Shown: positions 58,747 to 64,000 of the stretch, piece by piece
How positions within the stretch are numbered: the first letter of the stretch is position 1
How the letters are laid out: each line of letters opens with the position of its first letter
Assembly: GCA_964450605.1 (NCBI GenBank)
Contig: CAYVEK010000001.1
Location: 143,933-207,932 of the forward strand
DNA from: an uncultured Candidatus Saccharibacteria bacterium
Lineage (GTDB): Bacteria > Patescibacteriota > Minisyncoccia > Phycocordibacterales > CAIZLB01
Reading direction: 5' to 3'
DNA length: 64,000 nucleotides
Made by a program: the position numbers and the translations under genes
The notes under the pieces: generated by a model
Databases searched by the model: none
What the model was told of the DNA's origin: nothing
The model's input: the letters and a program-made list of their open reading frames with translations, nothing else

Positions 58747-60492
58747 ATGAAAACAAAAGACGGTAACCCTGTATTGTATCTGTACAAGAAAATGTGGCAG
58801 TACTCAGAGGGTAACAGAAAGAATGTTATTCTCTATGTTTTCCTTTTTGTCATTGTCGGCACTCTGGATATTTTAGTGGAACCCATGATATGGTCCTACA
58901 TACTGAATTGCATTCAAAAGGGTGAAATAACCCCAGAAAATGTCTACAACGTCGTAGGATTACTTTGCGTCATTTTGGTGAATGTGATCTTATTTTGGGG
59001 CATTCATGGCCCCGCCCGAATACTTGAGCGGAATAACGCATTTAGAGTAAAGACGAATTATCGCGAGTTTCTCACAAAAGGAACTCTCGACCTTCCTCTT
59101 CTGTGGCACAAAACACACCACTCGGGCAAAACAGTTGATCAGATGAGTAAGGGAACACAGGCACTGTTTTCCTTTTCTGAGAACTCATTTGAAATCATTT
59201 ACAGCATTCTCGAACTTATTGTCGGATGTAGTGTGCTTGCATACTATTTTCCGTGGTCACTTGCACTGACCTTGAGCATGCTCGCCGTATCGGTCTGGAT
59301 TATCAGTCGTTTTGACAAGACTCTGAACACGAACAACAAGATCCTGACACGTAAAGAAAACGATATTTCTCAGATTGTCGTAGACGTGAGCGGTAACATG
59401 ACTACCGTTATTACATTGCGCATTGCGAAACTGGTTTGTAAATCTATCATGGATAAAACCAAAGAGCCTTTTGCACTGTTTTCACGCAACAACAAGGTCA
59501 ATGAAGTGAAATGGTTCGTCACCGCTGTACTGTGCAACCTTATGACCATCACAGTTCTCGTAGGATACATACTAAGTCATGTAGAAACGGGTATTCTTTT
59601 TGGAAGTATTTATTTGCTCCAGAATTATTTACGGAATATCAGCAAGCTTTTTAGTCGATTTGCCGGCATTTATAACAGGACTATGCTTCAACAAATCCAG
59701 GTTATGAATGCTGAAGAGTTAGCCGAAGAGTTTGCTGAAAATCCTCTCGTTAATCATGTCTTACCTGAAATGTGGAGCGTGCTATCAATCAATGATCTTT
59801 CTTTCTCTTACACGGAAGGAGAGCCTTTGCGACTAAAAGGCGTTTCTGTTTCGATCAGGCACGGACAGAAAATCGCCGTCGTCGGCACAACAGGAAGTGG
59901 AAAAAGCACGTTTGTAAACGTGATGAGAGATCTTCAACAACCACAGTTGTTACGGCTTGAGGTTGATGGACAATGTATCGAGGATGGATTCGCTGGCATA
60001 GCTCAAGGTATTGCGCTGATACCGCAAAAACCTGAAATCTTTGCCAATACGATTCTTTATAACATTACACTCGGGGTTTGGTACCCGGATGAATTAATCC
60101 AAGAAGCTCTCGTCATATCTTGTTTTGACGAAACGGTGAAAGGTCTTGCAGATGGATTGGAAACACGTCTCGGTGAGGATGGTATGACGCTCAGTGGCGG
60201 ACAACAGCAAAGACTGGCACTAGCAAGAGGTCTACTTGCGTGCATCGGAAAAGATATTATTCTGGCCGATGAACCTACAAGTAGTCTCGATGCACAGACT
60301 GCTCGAAGAGTCTTCAGTGGGTTGATTACCAGATTTGAAGATAAGACGGTCATATGCATTGTTCATGATCTGCACATGCTTGAACTATTCGATACAGTGT
60401 TTGTCTTCGACGAAGGTAAACTTGTTGGAGTTGGTTCATGCGCCGAACTCTTGGAAACATGTCCAGCATTCCAAGCACTCTACGGAGTTTAA
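58747..60492 (+). CDS. ABC transporter fused permease/ATP-binding protein (exporter type)
   Basis: N-terminal 6-TM domain; Walker A GTTGSGKST; signature LSGGQQQRLALARGL; Walker B ILADEPTSSLD. Confidence 0.8.
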   Translation: MKTKDGNPVLYLYKKMWQYSEGNRKNVILYVFLFVIVGTLDILVEPMIWSYILNCIQKGEITPENVYNVVGLLCVILVNVILFWGIHGPARILERNNAFRVKTNYREFLTKGTLDLPLLWHKTHHSGKTVDQMSKGTQALFSFSENSFEIIYSILELIVGCSVLAYYFPWSLALTLSMLAVSVWIISRFDKTLNTNNKILTRKENDISQIVVDVSGNMTTVITLRIAKLVCKSIMDKTKEPFALFSRNNKVNEVKWFVTAVLCNLMTITVLVGYILSHVETGILFGSIYLLQNYLRNISKLFSRFAGIYNRTMLQQIQVMNAEELAEEFAENPLVNHVLPEMWSVLSINDLSFSYTEGEPLRLKGVSVSIRHGQKIAVVGTTGSGKSTFVNVMRDLQQPQLLRLEVDGQCIEDGFAGIAQGIALIPQKPEIFANTILYNITLGVWYPDELIQEALVISCFDETVKGLADGLETRLGEDGMTLSGGQQQRLALARGLLACIGKDIILADEPTSSLDAQTARRVFSGLITRFEDKTVICIVHDLHMLELFDTVFVFDEGKLVGVGSCAELLETCPAFQALYGV

Positions 60493-60506
60493 GCGTCATA
60501 AGTCTG

Positions 60507-60548
60507 GATACGCGCCCCTGCACTTCTGCAAAGAAGTGTGGGGTTTTT
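60507..60548 (+). terminator. Rho-independent terminator
   Basis: cccctgcacttc-tgcaaa-gaagtgtgggg followed by TTTTTATTTT. Confidence 0.6.
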
Positions 60549-60623
60549 ATTTTGTAAATATGTAAAACAAAAAACCACCATCTCGCGACAGTGGTTTCTG
60601 TGCTGAAATGGTGGAGGTAGATA

Positions 60624-60998
60624 TCAGGTTTGTAACCTGAACGAAAGGTTTTGGATTCCGGGGACCATCCACACGTCCGTTTCTATTTGTTCAGATTTGC
60701 TATCCGGCATGCGCGGAACAACGATACACCACGTTGCATAGTTTTCATCAGACCCAGCGCCTCCGTAAACTTCGACTGTGCCATTTTCTTGAGGGATGAC
60801 GGCACAGACTGATAGGTGAATGCTGACTTTGCATGTAGGGTTTCCATCCTTCAGTTTGACACTGTGCAGTGTACCATTTTCATCCCTGAGAGGTGCGGCT
60901 GTTCTGAGTTCCTGAAGACTTGTGGTATCAAATCTGCACCGAAAATGTCTCCATCTGAGGGATTTTGGTTTACAGCTTGGTTTGTTGGGAGTGCTCAT
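60624..60998 (-). CDS. Hypothetical small protein (moderately GC-rich); uncertain
   Basis: ORF trimmed to the internal Met MSTPNKPS; no motif. Confidence 0.25.
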   Translation of the reverse strand: MSTPNKPSCKPKSLRWRHFRCRFDTTSLQELRTAAPLRDENGTLHSVKLKDGNPTCKVSIHLSVCAVIPQENGTVEVYGGAGSDENYATWCIVVPRMPDSKSEQIETDVWMVPGIQNLSFRLQT

Positions 60999-61122
60999 GG
61001 TATGGTTGGTGGGTTTGGTAAGGTTCAACTGTCCTATACAAAGTAGCACCTTTGGTAAAATAATCAAGCGAATACAAGAAGCTTTCGATATACTTAAAAA
61101 AAGTTGTGCTATCATATTACCC

Positions 61123-61809
61123 ATGGAACCAACAACAAATACACCCACTAAAAATTCACCAGTTATACTACTATTAATCATAATTATACTTCTATTAGCT
61201 ACAGCATTTACTTATCTCTTTTACACTTCAAATAAAGATAAGACTGTACCCGAGCCAAAGCTAGTTAATCAAACTATAGAAAACAATCAGATTAATTCAA
61301 TAACGTCTGACAAACAAGCAAAATATAAAACGATTTCTCTCAATTCTGTAAACGCACCACTAGCATATACATTTGAAATACCTGCAGATTATGTTGCATA
61401 TATCGAAGAGGGGCACGAGGGTGGATATGGGGCAAGAATCAAAGTTTTAAAAGAATTAAGTCCTGGTATATTTAAAAATGCAGGAGTTAGTTTTTGGATT
61501 ACCGCCGAATCAGAACGTAATGCAAAGGGTAAGGGTGGGATTGCTGGTGTAGAGGCTGTATATAAAAATAATGCATTAAATTCAAAGTATATAACTTTAG
61601 CTGGAAATAAGGCAGTACAAAGTAAAGGTGAGATGGATGAAAAACATCTCTTTACAATAGGTTTTGTTGAAAATAGTCGGATGCCACAGTATCCATACTT
61701 CATCGAGGTGTACTATGCTCCTGAATTTATACAAGGAAATATGTTGTCTGAAGATGAATACCAGAGAATATTACAAACTTTGAAAGTGGTGGAGAATAAG
61801 AGTTATTAG
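61123..61809 (+). CDS. Membrane-anchored hypothetical protein
   Basis: N-terminal TM VILLLIIIILLLATAFTYLFY; start at the internal Met to avoid overlap with the upstream region. Confidence 0.4.
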   Translation: MEPTTNTPTKNSPVILLLIIIILLLATAFTYLFYTSNKDKTVPEPKLVNQTIENNQINSITSDKQAKYKTISLNSVNAPLAYTFEIPADYVAYIEEGHEGGYGARIKVLKELSPGIFKNAGVSFWITAESERNAKGKGGIAGVEAVYKNNALNSKYITLAGNKAVQSKGEMDEKHLFTIGFVENSRMPQYPYFIEVYYAPEFIQGNMLSEDEYQRILQTLKVVENKSY

Positions 61810-61817
61810 TTTCAAAT

Positions 61818-62054
61818 ATGAAAACCCTCACAACCCTCATCATCACATCACTTCTCATTTTACCTGGAAGTATGCTCCAGGCAAAAAGTGACAGTTATGT
61901 AAATTCAAAAGGTAAAACTGTACACACTCCAGTTTTTTCAGAAACTATACCCAGAGGAGCGACCGCTCGATGCAAAGATGGAACCTATAGTTTTAGTCAA
62001 AGCCGAAGGGGGACCTGCTCAGGTCATAAAGGTGTGGCGAGTTGGCTTCGGTAG
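61818..62054 (+). CDS. DUF3761-like small secreted protein
   Basis: Signal peptide; C-terminal CKDGTYSFSQSRRGTCSGHKGVASWL matches the DUF3761 Cys pattern. Confidence 0.6.
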   Translation: MKTLTTLIITSLLILPGSMLQAKSDSYVNSKGKTVHTPVFSETIPRGATARCKDGTYSFSQSRRGTCSGHKGVASWLR

Positions 62055-62080
62055 GTTACAATAATGTCTCATATAACTAC

Positions 62081-62791
62081 ATGAAACTCATAATACTATC
62101 CGCTGGAAAAGGTACTCGATTCTTACCGTTAACCAAAACCATACCTAAAGCCCTCATACCAATAAAAGGAAAAGCTCTTATAGATTGGGTTTTACTACCG
62201 TATACAGATTTAGTACAGGAAATTATTTTTGTAATAAACGAAGATACTGGACATAAACTTAAAGAGTATATGGGTATTAATTATCATCAATATGATATTA
62301 AATACGTTGTACAATCAAAACATGATGCTACAGGAACCATGTCCGCTCTCGAAAAAACTAGAGATCTACTTACCGATACTGAATTGTTTTGTGTATGTAA
62401 TTGTGATGACTTGCTAGATCGACAGGGTATTATACAGGCTTTTAATGCAGGCAAAGTAAGCATAGGTCTAACACGTACAACAATGCCGGCAAATTATTTG
62501 CAAATAGAAATTGCTAATCGAGAAATGACAGGATTTTCTCGTAGTCCCCAAGATAGTAAAGATAAAATTGAAGGATTATATTCAAATGGTTTCTATGTGC
62601 TCAGTAGTAAAGTTTTTGAATTTAACAAAGTGTCTGCAGGAAAGGGTGAGTTCGGTCTACCACAGACTTTATTTGCGAATCTAAAAGATTTTCCTCTCAA
62701 GGTCAGCATGTTTGATCATTGGCAACCTGTAAATTGTCCAGAAGATGTGCCAAAAGCTGAAGAGTTTATTGAAAAGTTTTTGATGGTATAA
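62081..62791 (+). CDS. Sugar-phosphate nucleotidyltransferase (NTP_transferase family)
   Basis: MKLIILSAGKGTRFLPLTKTIPKALIPI (G-x-G-T-R motif). Confidence 0.7.
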   Translation: MKLIILSAGKGTRFLPLTKTIPKALIPIKGKALIDWVLLPYTDLVQEIIFVINEDTGHKLKEYMGINYHQYDIKYVVQSKHDATGTMSALEKTRDLLTDTELFCVCNCDDLLDRQGIIQAFNAGKVSIGLTRTTMPANYLQIEIANREMTGFSRSPQDSKDKIEGLYSNGFYVLSSKVFEFNKVSAGKGEFGLPQTLFANLKDFPLKVSMFDHWQPVNCPEDVPKAEEFIEKFLMV

Positions 62792-62800
62792 TGGTTTCTA

Positions 62801-63205
62801 ATGCAATCCTACAACTGGTACTCACAACTTATCAAACCAACTTGGGCGCCACCATCATGGCTATTTGGTCCTGTTTGGACTATTTTGTATACCATCATCG
62901 CTATCACATTCGGTACTGTGTTTTACAAAGCCGTCAACAAAGAAATACCGTGGGTTGTTACTATTCCATTTATCCTAAACCTTATTTTTAACTTCGCTTT
63001 TACTCCGTTACAATTTGGTTTGAAAAATAACTTGCTCGCAGCTATAGATATACTACTTGTTCTTGGAACACTTATCTGGGCACTTGTACTTATCTGGCAC
63101 AAAGTTCCAACGCTCCGCTTTGTGGTCTATGCAAATATCCCATATCTGTTGTGGGTGAGTTTTGCAACTTGTCTACAGTTAACGGTGACGTATTTGAATA
63201 GGTAA
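62801..63205 (+). CDS. TspO/MBR family tryptophan-rich membrane protein
   Basis: LIKPTWAPPSWLFGPVWTILYTIIAI typical TspO N-terminal motif; 5 TM. Confidence 0.7.
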   Translation: MQSYNWYSQLIKPTWAPPSWLFGPVWTILYTIIAITFGTVFYKAVNKEIPWVVTIPFILNLIFNFAFTPLQFGLKNNLLAAIDILLVLGTLIWALVLIWHKVPTLRFVVYANIPYLLWVSFATCLQLTVTYLNR

Positions 63206-63223
63206 ACATGCTATACTAACCCC

Positions 63224-63919
63224 ATGAACATCATATTCCTCGACACAGAAACAACTGGCATAACTGACGGTCGACTTATACAACTAGCCTACAAAGAGAG
63301 AGGGCAAGATGCTATGTTTGTTGAATACTATAAACCGCCAGTACCTATAGAATACGAAGCTATGGGTATACATCATATCACTCAAAAACAGGTTGATGAT
63401 AAACCCGCATTTAAAGACACAGAAACATATAAAACTCTACCAAAACTTTTATCAGAAGGTATTTTAGTTGCTCACAATGCTAAGTTTGATATTGGAATAT
63501 TGAAAACTGAAGGTATAGAAACAGGACGACATATTTGTACATATAAAGTTGCATATCGTTTGTATGATTATCCAAATCACAAATTACAAACTTTGCGATA
63601 TCGGTGGGGAATAGAGTTAGATGAAGCACGAGCTCATGATGCAGAGGGCGATGTACTTGTTCTTGAAAAAGCATTTGAACATATGTTGGCTGATTATTGT
63701 CAGAGGGAGAAAGTGACAGAAGAAAAAGCTATAGAATATTTTATACAAGTTTCAAAAGAGCCTGTGCTTTTGAAAAGTTTGAGTCTTGGAAAATATAAAG
63801 GTATGACATTTGAAGAGGTAAAAGTTAAAGACATAGAGTATCTTTTTTGGATGAGGGATAAGATGGATAATAAAACAGAGGATCTTATTTTTACGTTGGA
63901 GTATCATTTGGGGGAGTAA
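63224..63919 (+). CDS. DEDD-family 3'-5' exonuclease (DnaQ-like)
   Basis: Exo I IFLDTETTG; Exo II VAHNAKFDIGIL; Exo III HDAEGDVLVL. Confidence 0.75.
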   Translation: MNIIFLDTETTGITDGRLIQLAYKERGQDAMFVEYYKPPVPIEYEAMGIHHITQKQVDDKPAFKDTETYKTLPKLLSEGILVAHNAKFDIGILKTEGIETGRHICTYKVAYRLYDYPNHKLQTLRYRWGIELDEARAHDAEGDVLVLEKAFEHMLADYCQREKVTEEKAIEYFIQVSKEPVLLKSLSLGKYKGMTFEEVKVKDIEYLFWMRDKMDNKTEDLIFTLEYHLGE

Positions 63920-64000
63920 AGAAAATCCCCTCGACCTGTACGGGCAGGTCTTGGGGTTTTTGCGTTGGGGGGGGGGTGGTTACTCCGTAGTGGGTGGCTC

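Noticed and set aside
1-64000. Alternative genetic code (UGA-as-Gly, code 25), considered because of the CPR-like features
   Set aside because: Long housekeeping ORFs (gyrA, dnaK, topA, ABC-F, serS) are intact and terminate sensibly with the standard code, so there is no sign of in-frame UGA read-through.
1-64000. CRISPR arrays, rRNA genes, IS transposases
   Set aside because: No short regularly spaced direct repeats were seen. No 16S/23S/5S-like conserved blocks. No DDE or TnpB-like ORFs were recognised. The only recombinase is the serine recombinase at 44731-46047.
63940-64000. Poly-G tract (ggggggggg) and GC-rich sequence at the extreme window end
   Set aside because: Truncated by the window edge. 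It could be the start of another GC-rich element or a homopolymer/assembly artefact; insufficient sequence to interpret.

Overview
This is an AT-rich (~35-40% GC) bacterial chromosome segment read in the standard genetic code; long housekeeping ORFs (gyrA 827 aa, dnaK 633 aa, topA 732 aa) are intact without UGA recoding. The backbone carries an ABC-F ATPase, gyrA, a ribosomal/RNA polymerase operon (rpsM-rpsK-rpsD-rpoA-rplQ-rplM-rpsI), grpE-dnaK, asnB, a DsbA/DsbB pair, Fur, parB, topA, dprA, serS, a CapA-DUF192 fusion, a type IV prepilin-like protein, and a tandem array of five TrbC/VirB2-like (T4SS-type) pilin paralogs. The pilin array, the sigma-70-region-4-only protein and the compact gene set are reminiscent of Patescibacteria/CPR-like small-genome bacteria; this is inference only.

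Four tRNAs are present: a minus-strand Ala-Lys-Leu operon at 12.9-13.15 kb and tRNA-Glu on the plus strand at 38.04 kb. Every tRNA locus or tRNA-derived fragment is next to anomalous DNA:
- Three discrete ~58-60% GC coding islands (2.3-3.5 kb, 10.7-12.5 kb, 37.3-37.9 kb) sit beside a tRNA 3' fragment, the tRNA-Leu/Lys/Ala operon (which also carries a duplicated tRNA-Leu 3' end / pseudo-tRNA), and tRNA-Glu, respectively.
- A ~20 kb AT-rich accessory region begins immediately 3' of tRNA-Glu (38.17-57.8 kb).

The accessory region contains:
- a Cas4-like PD-(D/E)XK nuclease fused to a DEDD exonuclease, convergent with a 1654-aa DUF4011 / SF1 (Upf1-like) helicase / DUF559(Vsr-like) nuclease protein;
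- a large serine recombinase followed by a terminase large subunit, an HTH/TerS-like protein and a ParB-DNA methyltransferase, with no virion structural genes;
- a nucleoside-deoxyribosyltransferase-like / NUDIX / GNAT trio;
- an OLD-family ATPase-TOPRIM nuclease operon with two small membrane/unknown partners, bracketed by two copies of a structured ~80-130 nt direct repeat built as conserved scaffold + variable 16-nt segment;
- a minimal-nucleotidyltransferase + unknown-partner gene pair.

Two GC-rich non-coding patches with their own promoter and terminator (26.9-27.2 kb minus strand; 28.99-29.26 kb plus strand) are candidate structured ncRNAs of unidentified class. No CRISPR array, rRNA or obvious IS transposase was seen.
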